Program-made: the position numbers and the translations under genes
Source: Cyanophora paradoxa CCMP329
Taxonomy: Eukaryota > Plantae > Glaucophyta
Length of the DNA: 64,000 nt
Reading direction: 5' to 3'
NCBI GenBank assembly: GCA_004431415.1
Contig: QPMI01000163.1
Span: 129,499 to 193,498 of the forward strand
Shown: positions 23,298 to 36,645 of the stretch, one piece after another
Numbering within the stretch: the first letter of the stretch is position 1
Layout: the number at the start of each line of letters is the position of its first letter
Notes under the pieces: model-generated
Database searches by the model: none
What the model saw: only the letters and a program-made list of their open reading frames with translations
What the model was told of the DNA's origin: nothing

Positions 23298-26200
23298 TCA
23301 CTGGACGGCGCCGCCGGGGACGGGGTCGACGGGGTGCTCGCAGAAGTAGTAGGTGTTGGCGAGGGTCGGCGGCGGCCCGACGCGGGCGGGGGAGTCGGCG
23401 CGGAGCGGAGCGAAGAAGGGGTGGTCGAGGAGAGCGGCGGGGCTCGGGCCCGGGGCGTCGGGCACGGCGGCGCCGGCGGCGAGGTCGGCGATGCGGAGCG
23501 GGGAGGCGACCTCGTCGAGGAAGGAGAGGAGGGCCTGGGGCGGCTGCCCGATGGTCATCCGGTGCCGCTCCAGCAGGCGGTACATCGACGCCGCGAAGTA
23601 GCGGAGGTCGTAGGAGGACGAGGGGAGGCGCGCCGGCGCCTGGTGGCCCCGGATGATGTCCGCCGAGAGCTCCCCGTCCGCCTTGAGCACGCGCGACGAG
23701 GAGGCCGCGAAGCCGCCGATCTTGACGAGCGGCGCCCGGTGCAGGTCCACCACGAACGAGCGCTGCGCCGTCGCCGTGTAGTAGCCGCCGCCGGCGACGC
23801 CCGAGCAGACGTTGTAGTACAGGAAGCGCTTCTCCGCGGGGTCCGACGAGTAGTCCGCGTAGTCGTTCCCGGGCGCCCTCATCCGCGCCTCTTCCAGCCG
23901 CCGCGCGAAGCCGCTCGACAGGCACACCGCTGCCGCGAGACGGGCGCGTGAGCGGGGCGGGGGCGGGGGGCGGGGCGCGGGGCGGACAGAGGTTCATGGG
24001 GCTGAGGTCGTTGTGGCGGAAGTCGAAGGTGGCGCCGTTGAAGGAGACGCTCTGCGCCGCGTTGATCGCCGTCACCACCTGCAGGCAGATCCCCCGCATC
24101 ATCTCCTCCACCACGTCCGGCCGGTTCTGCGCACCGCGGCGCGGGCCCGTCAGAGGGGGGCGAGGCGGAGCGGCGGGGAAGCGGGGGGGGGGGGGGAAGC
24201 GGGGGGGGGGGGGGGGGAGCGGGGGCGCGCCTGGAGCGGGTGCATCTTGACGAAGTCGTGGAGCTGGTAGTCGGTGGTCTCGACGACTGCGACGACGCGC
24301 ACGCGCTCCGCCCCATTCTCGGCGATCACGCCCGACTTGAGGGTCACGCTGCGCCCGCCCGCGCCGGTGCCGCGTCGGCCCGCGGCACCGCGGCACCATC
24401 CGGGGGGCGGCGCACAAGTCGAAGGTGCGGAGGAAGTTGGGGGTGGCCTGGCGGGCGACGTTGAGGCCGCGGTCGAGGCTGGCGGCGATGCGGCAGGCGC
24501 CGTAGTGCAGCGGCGCCACCTCCAGGTCGCACTCGAAGCCGACCACCTCCGCGTTTTGCCCCCGCCACTTGCCCTCCTCGTACATCCCGTCCGCCCCCGC
24601 GCACACCTTGCGCGCGTAATCTGCGGGAACTGCTTCACGAACTGCGGACTCCACGAACTGCGGGACGGGAACTGCACCTTGCACCGGGTACTCCACGAAC
24701 TGCGGGGTGGGGCGGGGCGGGCCGGTTGGCAGGGCGGGGCGAGGCGGGCGGGGCGCCCCGGGGGGCGGGCGGGCGCGGACCCGGCCGAAGTAGCCGAAGA
24801 ACTCCTCGCGGCTGGCAACGAGGGTGAAGTCGGGCGAGTCGAACACGCGCATGCCCACGCCGCGCGTGATCGCCCCCGGCCTGCGCCCCGCGCCGTGAGC
24901 GCCTGAAGTCGAGGCGGAGGCGAGTGCGTGTGGGCGCACCGCTGGCTCTCGCCCTTGCGGGCGTTGAGGAGTGCGACGGCGGCGCGCTTGCCCTCATCGG
25001 TCTCGAGCACGCGGGCCTTCTCGGGGGCGGCCCAGAGGAAGAGGTATCCCGCCGTGGCGTCGGCGTCCATCGCGTACCCCATCGAGAGCACGTCGCTGCC
25101 GCCGGCGTCAGGACGGGTGGAGGGGGAGGGCGGGGGGGCGGGCGGTGGGGCACTTGTGGCGGGCGAAGCGGTCGCGGAAGGGCATCATCTCGCTCGAGCG
25201 GGGCACGAAGACGTTGAACTGGCGGTGCAGCGAGGGCAGCTCCACCGTGTGCGAGAAGACGAAGTTCGCCAGCTGCGCGCGCCCGCGTCGGCGACCGGTC
25301 GGGCGTGCGCGGGGGGAGGGGACAGGGGGCGGGCACCTCCTCGGGGCGGAGGGCGCGGGGCATGTCGGCGACGGGGACGCGGACGGGGGCCTCGCGCTTC
25401 TGGGGCGCGGGGGCGCGCTTGGGGAGGCAGGAGCGGGAGAAGCCGGCCCAGAAGTTGCGGAGGCAGTCGAGGAGGTAGAAGAAGGCGGCGATGCCGGCGA
25501 GGACGAGGGCGCCGAACGCCGCGTCGAAGTACGAGGTCCCGCCCCGCGCGTACACCAGCACCAGCGCCACCATCGCCACCTCGCTGCCCGGCCGGGCGGT
25601 CGGGGGCCGGCGGCCCGAGCAGCGGGGGCGGGGCGGGGCGGGGCGGGGCGGGGCGGACCAGACGTTGCCGATGGAGACGAAGATGCGCTCGACGGTGTCG
25701 GCGAAGACGCCGCCGAGGACGGTGTAGAGGGCGCGCAGGGCCACGATGGTCAGGATGACGGCCGCCTGCACCACGCCGGCCGAGGCGGGGCCCACGGGGC
25801 GCGCGAGGAAGGCCAGGGTCGCCGCCAGCAGCGCCTTCTCGATCAGCAGCACGGGGATGTAGAGGTAGCCCGACGACCTGCGCAGAGGCTCGGCTCGGCG
25901 CAGGGCGAGGGGCGCGGGGCACGGGCGTACGTGAACGACTCGAAGAAGAGGTAGTTCTGCGGGGTGGTGCGCAGGAGGTTCAGGGCGCCGATGGGGCGGG
26001 GCGGCGGGGTACGGGGCACCTTGGCGAAGAAGTCGCGGCCGGAGGAGGTGTCCTTCGGGAGCCAGCCGCCCTCGAAGGCGGCCTGCTTCTCCGCGTCGAA
26101 GCCGAAGGAGTCGGAGCGGGGCCCGCCGAAGGGCAGCAGGCTCTCCTTCTTGGGGCTCGCGAAGGCGCGGTGGGCCTGCTCGAAGACGGCGAGGCGGTGG

Positions 26201-28279
26201 CCGCCGATGCCCGAGGTGAAGCGGCCGAGGAAGGCGAGCGGGTAGACGAGGACGAAGAGGGCGAGGAGGATCCAGACGACGACGAGGACGGCGAGCTTGG
26301 CGGAGAAGCCGCCGAGGCGCTGCCTGAAGCTGACGAGCTCGGTGACCGCGAAGGCGACGTTGAGGACGAGGCCGGCGTAGATGAAGACGAGCGCGGCGCC
26401 CTCGGCCTGGCGCGAGGCGACGTACGCCGGCGTCGGGCTGCGGCGCGTGTCCGTGAAGGCCCGCCACGCCCCGTAGAGCACGAAGTGCGCGAGGGCGACG
26501 GCGACGAAGAGGAAGAGGGAGACCCAGATGTTGCCGTCGTACAGCTCCATGTCCCGCGGCGTCTGCCCCTCCATCCACACCAGGTCCGCCCTGCCGCACC
26601 GCCCCCGCCCGGCGTCGGCGGGCGGACTTCGGGGCGGCGTACGGGCCGGGGGCCGGGGTGGCGACGCACGACGGGGTGCGCGGGAAGGGGAAGATGGGCG
26701 ACTGGACCTTAGGCCAGGGCACCGCGATGTTGCAGATCGCCCAGCGGATGCCGCGCACGAAGGTGACGAACTGCGCGGGCGGGCAGGGTCGGTTGGCGGG
26801 GAGGCGGCGGGGGGCGGGGCGGGGCGGGGCGGACGTAGTCGGGGAAGTCAATTCGTAGGAAGGCGAAGTAGGCGAGGAGCTGGAGTAGAGAGACGACGCC
26901 CATGGTCCAGCCGCTCCGCGAGCCCAGCACCGTCCCCAGCAGCGAGAGCGCCACGCAGACCACCACCACGACAGTCACGACGGTCACCGCGACGCTCGCG
27001 CGCGGCTCGGGCTCCACGACGAGGTGGATCGCGGTGTTGAGCTCGCCCGAGACCTCCCGCGTGAACTCGTACTTCCCGATCCCGAGCCGCGACACGTACG
27101 TCGTCGCCGCCGCGGGGCTCGCGATGAGCGCCGGGGCCGAAAACCCGGGGGTCTGGGCCCAGAGGTACGTGGCAGCCTGAAGGAGGCCCGGTGAACCAGT
27201 GGGCAGCTGCAGTGAACGCGACGGACGGGGTACGCACGAGATTCTCCGAAGCTTGGTTTACGAAGCGGACGGGGGTGTAGCTGAAGGGGATGGCGATCTC
27301 GCTCTTGGCGACGCTGCCGCCCGGAGCAGAAGAGCGAGCATTGACCGTCGTCGTGTCCACGGAGGCGATCTGCATGCTGCTGACGTCCACGGTGATCTGG
27401 TCAAACACCGCCTTGTTCTTGCCGTTCTCGTCGACGCCGTAGATCTACGTGAAAGGAAGCTCAGATAATCGCGTTCGACGAAGCGAAGAGAGGAGGGAAA
27501 CAGGCGTACCACGTCGCACTCGAAGACGTACTTTCCGACGCCCAGGTTGAAGAGCGTGAGCGTCGAGCGGTCACTTAGAAACTGAGGGATGGTCTTCTCG
27601 GGGTTGACCGGCGGACCCGACAGCTACGTGAACGGGAAGAGAGCGTCGTTAGGTGCAAGAAGACGCGGAAAGCTTCATCAGCGGCGCTCCCACAGCGTGC
27701 TGTGCACCTGGTACCACTCGTAGCGGAGGCCGGCTTGCGTGCTCATCGAGCCCGAGAGTTCCGACTGAATGTTGACCACGGAGGACGTCTCCGGGTACTT
27801 CAGCTGCATGGCCCCCGGCAGGGTGACCTTCAATCCATCGATGCTCTTGGACTCGAGCAGCGACCGGCCTGCTCGGAATCGTGAGCGATCCAGCCCTGGA
27901 GGTGAATCTCCCTAACCACGCCGCTAGGCGCCCTAGGCGTCGCTAGGCCCGGACGCTTCAGAACCCCGGCCGTTGCTAGCCGCCGAGCGGTGCGGCGTGC
28001 GGGAACTGCGGGAACGCAAAGCCCACTTTGTTAACTTCAAAAAGCTCACTTTGCGACGCCTCGCTTGCGGTCACTGCGGTCGTTCGCCGGTCAGAAGCTG
28101 CAAGGAGGATGCGCGGGATGTACTCGGCGCACCGGTCGCTGTTAGACCTAGCAGCAGGAATGCCGCACAGGCGACCAGCACGCGAGTCTGCGAAGTGCAG
28201 CGGATCGAGCGGTCAGCGTATATACATATTCGCCGGAGCGGCCTCCGACATCCGAGCTTCTCCCTCGGCGAACCTGCAT
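23298..28279 (-). CDS. Large membrane protein: signal peptide + PKD/KIAA0319-like repeats + TRP-like multi-TM region + C-terminal kinase-like domain
   Basis: Signal MQ|TRVLVACAAFLLLGLTAT. Repeats YEWYQ|LSGP...LFNLGVGKYVF and YLWAQTPG...VSRLGIGKYEF. About 9 hydrophobic segments including LLQLLAYFAFLRIDFPDY. Kinase-like FRHNDLSPMNL, LVKIGGF, YDLRYF and LLDHPFF. Confidence 0.75.
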
Positions 28280-28395
28280 CGCGGCTGGCGTGTCCGGGGC
28301 CTTGTTCCGGCACAGTCCGGGACTGGGCTTCTTCCGAATGCGTACCCCGCAAGTCAACTTCTTAGTTTCTTCTAAGCCGCTTCTTCTGTCTGCGA

Positions 28396-29906
28396 ATGGC
28401 AGAGGGGAAGCGCGCGTCGGCCCTGGCCGAGCTCGAGTTGCGCTACGCGGCGGGCGCGTCTCCGAAGCCAGGCGGCGCATCGCCCGCTGCAGCCAAAGGC
28501 TCGGCGAAGAAGAGCAGCGAGAAGAAGAGAAAACAGCGCGAGGTCGCGGACGAGATTGACCCCGACGGTGCTCGCGATCCCCGCGACAGCTCGCTCGTCG
28601 TGCTGCGCTGATCCATCATGCAGACCCGCTATACCAGCGCCTGGACGTGCCACTCGACCCTCCAGCACCGCCTCCAGCGGCAGACTCGCAGGCCGGAGAC
28701 GTGGTTGCGACGCTGGTCAGGAGCGTGGCGGGCCCGAGCGCTGCACGGGGCCGGCAATTCGAAAATGCCGTCCAACAGAAGCTGAGCGAGACGAGCACGC
28801 TGTTGCTGGACAACCCTAAGCAGGATCTATCGCTGCAGGACCTTCGCAAACGAAAGGCAGCAATGCAGGTGCCACCTTCCCCACGACCCTGCGGCTGCAT
28901 CTGATCCCTAGCAGGCCCAGCGCGTGAAGCGTGTCAGTGCAAAGCAGCAGCGGAAGCTAAAGGTATACGACATCCCGGAGGAGTCGAAGAAGTGCGTCTT
29001 CAGTGCTTAGCTAGACGCTTTTTGTTTGGCCTCGCTAGATGAAGTCCCCTTTCCCCTCCCCACCGACGCGCGTTGAGGGGTGGCGCCGTCATTGGCGCCA
29101 CCGCGAAAGTTCGCGTCGTAGACCGAAGTAGCCGCTGGTACCCGCGCTGGAGTCTGCTGATGAAGGTTGCGGTCAAAAGCGACCATACATTGTCCCGCTC
29201 TTTTCTGCTAGCACTTTCCTGCCGTCCGGAAGCGCATTTGTGCGGCGATACCTAACGCCGATCGACAGGTACGAGCTGTACGTGCCTCTGCACCACCTCT
29301 GGACGAAGTACATCGGGGATGTGCTCGGGCCAGGGCCGCCGTCCGGGTCAGCGCGGTTTGCAGGCCGAGCCCCTCGCCTGAGCTCACGGCCTCGCAGGCC
29401 GCAGGCGCTGAACTCGCTTCTCAAGGCCGACTTCCACGGTTGCCGCATGCGAGGCACGGGCCCTGGCAGCACCCGCACCTGCCGGGAGGGCGCGCTGACT
29501 CTGCCCGCCGCAGTCGTGAAGAGCAAGTGCCCGTCGCTTGTCGGGATCGAGGGGATCATGCTGCAGGAGACGGAGCACACGTTCCGCATCATCACCCCCG
29601 CCGATCGCATTGCCGGTGCCCCCCGCCCCGCCCGCCTTCCCTTCGGAGCCTCCGGCGCCGACGCCCTTCCGCCGCGCAGTCGTGCCCAAGGTGGCGTCCG
29701 TGTTTGCCGTCCGGCTCTCCCCCACCCACGAGGCGCTCCTCTACGGCGTGGTCCGCCCCGCCCGCCACGCCGCCCACACAGCCGGCGGCCTGCCTGCGGC
29801 CCGCCGCGCGCTCACGCCGGCGCCATGGCGCCCGCAGCACCTTCGGCACCGTACCGCGGAGCGTTCGGTGAAGAAGTTCAAGAACAAGGTCACCGTGGAC
29901 TTGTAA
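28396..29906 (+). CDS. POP4: RNase P/MRP protein subunit Pop4/Rpp29
   Basis: YELYVPLHHLWTKYI, LLKADFHGC, VVKSKCPSLVGIEGIMLQETEHTFRIIT, VVPKVASVF and ERSVKKFKNKVTVDL*. Confidence 0.95.
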
Positions 29907-30321
29907 GCAGCATGCAGCGCAGCTGGCTGCCCTTGCCTGCCGTTCTCTCTAGATGGCTACTTTTATCTAGATGTTGTGAATTCATGTACAGTCCGGCTTC
30001 GACGGTTTCAGGATACATGTACAAATCTGTGGCGCAGCGCTTGCCGCAGCCGCCGCGCCGCGCTGGGCGCCGGCGCTTGCGCGTCCCTGAAGCAAGCGTA
30101 AGCGTTCAACAGCTGCAGATCTCCTCGACGTCGCGCCCGTTGATGCGGCGCGGTGCGTATGCGGCTGCTTTTTCACTGCATATGCATGATGCCCCTTGTT
30201 TTCGAGAGGGCGTGTGGGGGGGGATACAGGTTCCTTTGCAGCATCCACAGGGTCGCGCGGTACCGGTCGCATCCACAGCTAGCACGCGCCGGCGCCGGCG
30301 CGCGACGGGCTCGACAGCAAG

Positions 30322-32188
30322 ATGCCGGACTCGTGGGCTGAACCTCATGACTTCAACTACAGCGAGGTGAAGATGAGCAAGAAGATTGGCTCTGGCCTCA
30401 CCGCGGAGATCTACAAGTGCGCCCGGGGCGCCAGGGCATGCAGCGGCTTAGCGAGAACACGTTCAATAGAGTTCGATAGCCGGGAGCGCGCCCTCTGCGC
30501 TCCACCAGCCGCCGGCGCACGGCGGCTTTTCGCTCGCCAACCGGTCGCGCAGGGGGACCTACCGGGGCGCATCGGTTGCCGTGAAGATAATGAAGCGCCG
30601 TAAGTTCGGCCGCGCCGCGCCCCGCACCTGCCGCACTGAAGGACTGCCTTCTCGCATACGCCGGAAGATCCGAACGACAACTACGTGCAGATGATGTTCC
30701 GCAAGGAAGTCGACCTTCTCTCGTGCGTACCATCCCAATGCATACGGATGCTTAGCGCCCGGCGTCTCCGTCGTGCCGGTGCTGCGCATCTTGATCAGCT
30801 GCAGCTGCAGTCCGCTTGCCGTATAGCTAGCAAGCTTTAGCCCTGTCCGCTACCACTCGGGTTTCTGCGAAGCCAGTCTGTACCGATGTCTTGACCCACT
30901 TCTTCCCCTTGTGCACTCTGCATCTAGATCTAGATCTTCCGCTCGTGATTCCGGCGCCCCATGAGCACGCGATTCCCGGCCCCCTCCGCGCCCAGAGCCA
31001 CCGCCCCCCGGCCGCGCCGCCAAGCTGACATCGCTGCGCGCGCAGGCGAAGCCAGCACCCGAACATCGTGACCTTCGTGGGGGCGTACCAGGACGATAAA
31101 ATAAGAGCGCTGGTCATGGAGGCACGCCCCCGCCTCCCCCCCCCCCCCCCCCCCCTCCCCCCCTTTCACCCAAGGCGCTCAACCCGAGCGCGGCGCGCTG
31201 CGGCAGTTTCTTCCGGGCCTCAACATGTACCAGCGGCTGCACGGGGAGAAGCCGAAGCCGCCGAAGCGCCTCGAGGAGACGCTTCGCATGGCGCTCGGTG
31301 CGCTGCGGAGCCCGAGCTCGAGAGCGCGCGTCCCTCAGCTCGCTCTGACGGGGCGCGGGACGGCAGACATCTCGCGGGCGATCGCCTTCATGCACGAGAA
31401 CGGCTTCATCCACCGCGACCTCAAAAGCTCGAACCTCATGGTGCTATGCGCCGCGCCGCGATCACGAGGCCCCGCCCACCGCCCCCGCCTGCGCTCACGC
31501 CCCCGCGCGCCTCCCCTCAGACGACGGACGAGGGCATCGTCAAGCTGATCGACCTCGGCCTCAGCCGCGACGACGCCGCCGACGGCCGCATGACGTGCGC
31601 CGCGGGCCCCGCCCGCCCGGCCACGCCGCGGGGCGCCGAGCGGGGCGGGGCGGGGCAGGGGCGAGACGGGGAGCTACCGGTGGGCGGCGCCCGAGGTGCT
31701 GCGGAACGAGCCGTACCACAGGAGCGCCGACGTCTTCTCGTTCGGCATCGTCATGGCGCGCCCCCGCTTTTCGCCTTTTGCGTGCCGCCCCGCGCAGATA
31801 AATCGATGCTGACGCGGGGGCGGGCGGGGGGGCGCAGTGGGAGATCATCACGGGGGACCTGCCGTACGGGCGGCTGACCCCGCTGGAGGCGGCGATGGGC
31901 GTGGCGACCAAGGGGGTGCGGCCGAGCAAGCTCAAGCCCGGCAAGAACGTGAACGAGGAGCTCATCGCGCTGATAGAGCAGTGCTGGGCGGAGCGGCCCG
32001 ACGAGCGGCCGCCGATGTCCGAGGTGGCCGTCCGCGTCGAGGCGATCCTGCGGGCGGCGGAGCCCGGCGTGAACCTGGACCTGCCGCCCAACGCGACCCG
32101 CCTCAAGTCCATGCCGCAGCGCAGCGAGAGCGGCAGCTTCTTCTCCAAGATCGCCGACTTCTTCTCTGGCTCCAAGTCCCACCGTTGA
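30322..32188 (+). CDS. Tyrosine-kinase-like (TKL/Raf-like) protein kinase
   Basis: [65 protein letters not shown]|WEIITG and [10 protein letters not shown]. Confidence 0.95.
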
Positions 32189-32511
32189 TGATCCCCCGGC
32201 CGCGGCCCCGCAAGGCCGCTTTACCCATCCCCGCCCCCCGCGCTCCGAGGCTCGATGCCGGCGCCGGCCCATCGGCGTGCGCTATCTCTCGCATCCCCCT
32301 AGTTCCGCTCGCAGCAGTTGTAGATCTAGATTACGGTAGGGCGCAGCCGTTTTCCGTGCACATTGCCAGCATGGCATATTTTTTTGCTTCGAATCTGTGA
32401 GAGCTGATGTATTGCTGAGTGCTTGAAATTTACCTGATCATGAAGGAATCGCTATTTATCTGGATCTCGCCATGCTATGCAGGGACGGACTCGGGGAGCA
32501 AGAGCGGAGCC

Positions 32512-33529
32512 CTACAAGACTGGCGCCTCGAAGTCGCACACGCTGCAGAGCATATGTAGGCCAACGTGAGGAACGCAGAAGCACGAGAGGGTCCCGGTGC
32601 AGTCCGTCCTGCACGAGGGTCACTGTGTGATTCGGGCGCGGGCGCGGGCCTGGCACCTGTGTGCAGCAGAGGCCATCGCAAGACTAGACGCTAGCTGGGC
32701 CGGGGACACCTGCAGACCAGGTCAGAAATCTTTCGGACGGCCCATCGACGCGTGCTGCGAACCCCCGTCCTGGACTCGAATCCGCAGAGCTGGGGGCAGC
32801 GCAGCCCATCGTCGACTTGCAGGACGGGGGCGCGACGACACACGGGGCAGACGCATGTCTGCGAGGACTCCGCGCGCTGCCGGGCCGGATCTTCCCACGC
32901 TTCTACCATCTCCGTGTCCGCATGACCACATTCCGCATCAGGCGGAATATGCGCAAGCTGTGACTGTGCGTCGGCTTCCTCAAACGCCTCCGTGTCCTCG
33001 TACTGCAGGAGCTCGCCTGCAGCGACATCAGATTTGGCGCGCTTGAGGGAAGAGGAGTTTATGGGCACGTTCTGCTCTGATCTCGCGGGCGAGCTCTTCG
33101 GTGAGGAACTGCAAGAGCTCCTCATCGGACGGCTGCACCGCGACGCCAGCCGAGTTCATTGCGCGGACGCGAAGCTGATGATACGTGGCCCGCTCGCGCT
33201 CCCAGTCGACGCTTCCTCGCTCGCTCGCTATGATTTCAGCCAGCTGCCTCTCCAAAACTGCGCCCTGCCGTGCCCGCATCAGCTGCGATGCATAGCGCGG
33301 CACGCCAGGCTTGCCTGTGATTCCGAGCCCCTGCATTGCCGTACGTGCTCGTTTCTCGCATTCTTCATGCGCAGCAGACAGCGCTCCTGAGGCCCTCGTG
33401 CAGAACCGCGCTGCCACGGCGCCGCTCGACCGCACGGTGGGCGCCGGCGGCTCAGGGCGCGCACCTGGACGTGCGACCGCGGAGCTCGCTCCAGCGCACG
33501 GCCCCGCTTTCCAAGCACGCGGCCGCCAT
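32512..33529 (-). CDS. RPA-interacting protein (RPAIN/RIP)-like
   Basis: N-terminal ERCLLRMKNARNEHVRQCR, acidic middle, and C-terminal Zn finger CPVC...CPQLCG...H...C...LCSVCDF. The start is uncertain. Confidence 0.7.
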
Positions 33530-33739
33530 CTGATCGTCCGCCGCGGAGCGGGCCAGCTCGAGCGGGGAAATGACGCAGGCGAGGCTCGCTGCACGTCAGT
33601 GGACGCCCGGCGCTACGAATGATCCTCTGATGCAAGGCTGCTTGCGCGTTGGGTGGCTTGGCGGCAAGTTGGCGCCCACTTGAATGAATTGCAAACGTAC
33701 CCCAGTGCGGAAGTTTGCCCGGAACAAGCGCTCAGAACG

Positions 33740-35388
33740 ATGTCCCTCCTCGATCCGCGCGATCCAGGAAGCGAGCTCAAGACCTCGGACGCCGCCCTCG
33801 CCACTGGTGCGGGCCGGCGGGCGCTAGTCTTGTTTGCACCGCCCGCTCAAACGCACTTGCAGAGACGCGCGCCCTGCAGACGCTCGAGAAGCACGTCATG
33901 AACGTGGGGAATGTCTTCGATTTCGTGCGCCCGCAGCGCTGGCTTGTCACCTTCTGCGCCGCCGCCGCCTGCGCTGCCGCCCGCGTGCCATTCGAGTCGT
34001 GCAGATCTCGCCACGGGTCGGGAAGAAGATTCTGGTGGCGCCGGATGGGCGTGAGGCGCTGCTCGCGCTCATCGTTCTGCCAGGCCCCCAGAGGTGCGCC
34101 ACGGGTCGCAGGTCACCACGGGCGGCCCTGTGTCAGGCCTGCTTCGCGCAGTCCCGTTCTCCGACACCTGTGGCGGAGCGCTTCGTTCGTCGTTGCCGAT
34201 GCGTGCGCGATGAACGACCTGTTCGACACTCTGAGCGCCGAGTGCGCTGGTGAGCTCGAAATGTGCGTCCGCGTTTCTTGGCTGTTGCGTTGATGCAATC
34301 AATTCTTTGAACCGCCCGCAGCTACGTGCCGGACGTCGTCAAAGGCGATCTCTCGAGCATGCGCGCCGACGTGAGGAGCTTCTACACCGAGCAGGCGCGC
34401 GGGAAACAGTCAACGCCGCTCGGGCGCGGGTCCTCGTTCATTTCGGGTTCGGCCTCCGCTGGCATTTGAGCACTTTGGTAGTCTGACGGGGCTTCCAGAT
34501 ACGCACGACGATCGTTCGGCGGCTCACAAGGCGCTCGCGGCTGTAGACGAGTGGATTGCGCAGCGTGCTTGTGGGCAGGTTCGTTGCCTGGTTTGAATGG
34601 AGTTGACATTCACGGGATGAGCGTCGCCTACAGGACTGTGTGCTCGTCTGCATCACTGGCGCCCTTGGTGGCCGCTTGGACCAGGAGCTTGCGACTATCG
34701 TGCGTTCGCTCCTTCGCTCATTAATGCCAGCGGCTCTCTCCGATGATCACTGACGCTCTTTAATTTTGGCAGAATGACGCAATGGCCCTCGTTCGCATCC
34801 TTGCCTTCAGAGACCCCCTTTATCGTCAGTGACTCTAACATCTCGGGCAGGCATCCGCTCACCCGCGTCCCCTGACGTTCGCATGACCCACCTCTCTCGA
34901 TTCGCGTGCCCCTGACATTCCGGTGCAGGTTGCTGGGGCGGGACTCGCTCGTGACGTGCCTCCCAGCCGGATTCCATCTCGTGCGCCGCCGGAATTGCTG
35001 CTCCTCGACGAATTTGAGACTCTGCTTGCCAATAATATTGTTGCCGTCCTCGCAGCTGCAGCTGGACCCGCGGTTCGAGAGCGGGCAGGTGGGCCTGCTT
35101 CACCCTGGGGCTGGGTCGCTGTCGGTGCGGACGCGTGGCCTCAAGTGGGAGCTGGACCCCTCGCGACCCCTCCAGTTCGGGCAGCTCCTGAGCGTGTCTA
35201 ACGAGGTGCGCGATGGACCCTTCGCCTGTGTGTAAAGAGGTGAGCGCTCAAGCCTCGATTGAGCCTGAGAACTGTCGGCTGCGCAGCTGACTGGCACAAG
35301 CGTGGAGGTGGAGACCCCGGGACCCGTCCTCTGGACCTCCCGACTGGGCCCGCTCCCCGAAGGCCTCCCTCTCTCTCCGGAGCACTGA
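33740..35388 (+). CDS. Thiamine pyrophosphokinase-like protein (degenerate active site)
   Basis: LWRSASFVVADACAMN, YVPDVVKGDLSSMRADVRSFY, GALGGRLDQ, VRTRGLKWEL, FGQLLSVSNE and VETPGPVLWT. Confidence 0.88.
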
Positions 35389-35466
35389 GCAACCTCTAAC
35401 TGTTGATCGTGGTACACACAGAATGATTCCAACACATATACGTAGTTGATCAGTTTCAGTAGTTGA

Positions 35467-36509
35467 TCATGATTCGAAGACGGCTCCTCGGGCTTCCGCC
35501 CACGTGCACTGCTCCAGGGCCTGGGGCTCAGCCGCGGCCGACGCCCTTTCCACACCCGCCGACCACGCGCCGCGCCCCGACTCCGATACTCGAATTTGAA
35601 TAGGAGGGGGCTGGTGGGGAACTCGGAAGGGAGCAGCCGTCCCCATCGCGAGCCCGGAAGGCGCCGAGGAGCTCGGCAAAGCTCGGCTTGAGATCTAGAG
35701 CAGCGCTCGCCTGGCAGCGAATGAAAGCCGGCGACGTCTCATACGTATACCATGGCGGGACGCTGCTGGTTAAAATGAATTCGCACACACCGAGACACTA
35801 CGGCTAGAGAAGGCGCAACGCGGCATCCCGCGTCCGCCAGCCGTTGATCACGGGCGCTCCTTCCAAACTGGGCAAAGCAGCCCAGGCGCCTCTCTCAGCA
35901 GCTGTGGTCGAGCTTGAGCGTTCCGAGGGGCGTGTCGACGCGAGGGAGCGCGCGCGTCAAGGTGACAATCCCGGGCCGGGCTGCCACTCATCGGTCTTAG
36001 CTTACTCCCGAAGCGTAGGAAGGACGACGACGGACGGAGCTTATCGGCGGGTCCCCTCGGCCTCTGCGGCGCCGATCAGCGCGATCAGCGCCTCCTCTGT
36101 TCCCGGTGTTCCAGCTTCGCGCGCTTCCACTTCCGCTCCAGCTGCTGCGCAGCGCTGTCGAGCTGGGGCAGGCGGGCGGGGCTGTCCAGCAAGCAGCGCC
36201 GGGCTCGCACCTGTGGTCGCGCTGCCTGCTTTGACTATAGCTGCTCTGCTGCGCCGCTCGCTTGTATGCGCCGATGGCCTGCTGGAAGGTCTCGGAAGTA
36301 GACTCGCCGGGATTCGAATCTGTTGGGGGGAGGAAGTTCGAGGGGAGGGTGCCGCCACCGAAGGGTACGGCGCCAAGTTAGTGCAGTCGGACTCTGTTAT
36401 AAACGAGGTCAGCCTTCCAGCGCGCCCAGAGCCCCGCCGCAGGCCCAGCAGCCCAGCAGCTGACTGTGCTATTGTTCTCTACCTGCCGCAGATCGCGCAA
36501 ACCGCGCAT
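35467..36509 (-). CDS. Possible spliced hypothetical protein
   Basis: ATG...CAG|GT first exon (MRGLRDLRQ) and several open segments. No recognisable motif. Confidence 0.25.
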
Positions 36510-36645
36510 TTCGCCCAATAAATACAGGTGCGGCGCTGTGGGCTCTGCCGCGGTCCTAGCGAGCCCTGGAGCGCGAGGATCGTATGGCTGGATCTGGAGC
36601 TGACCCTGGTTTGTTCAATGGGTGCGCAGGGAAGAGTCCGTTAGG

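Noticed and set aside
12054-29906. Trm10 plus Pop4 as an RNase P cluster
   Set aside because: They are about 15 kb apart with unrelated genes between, and belong to different RNase P types.
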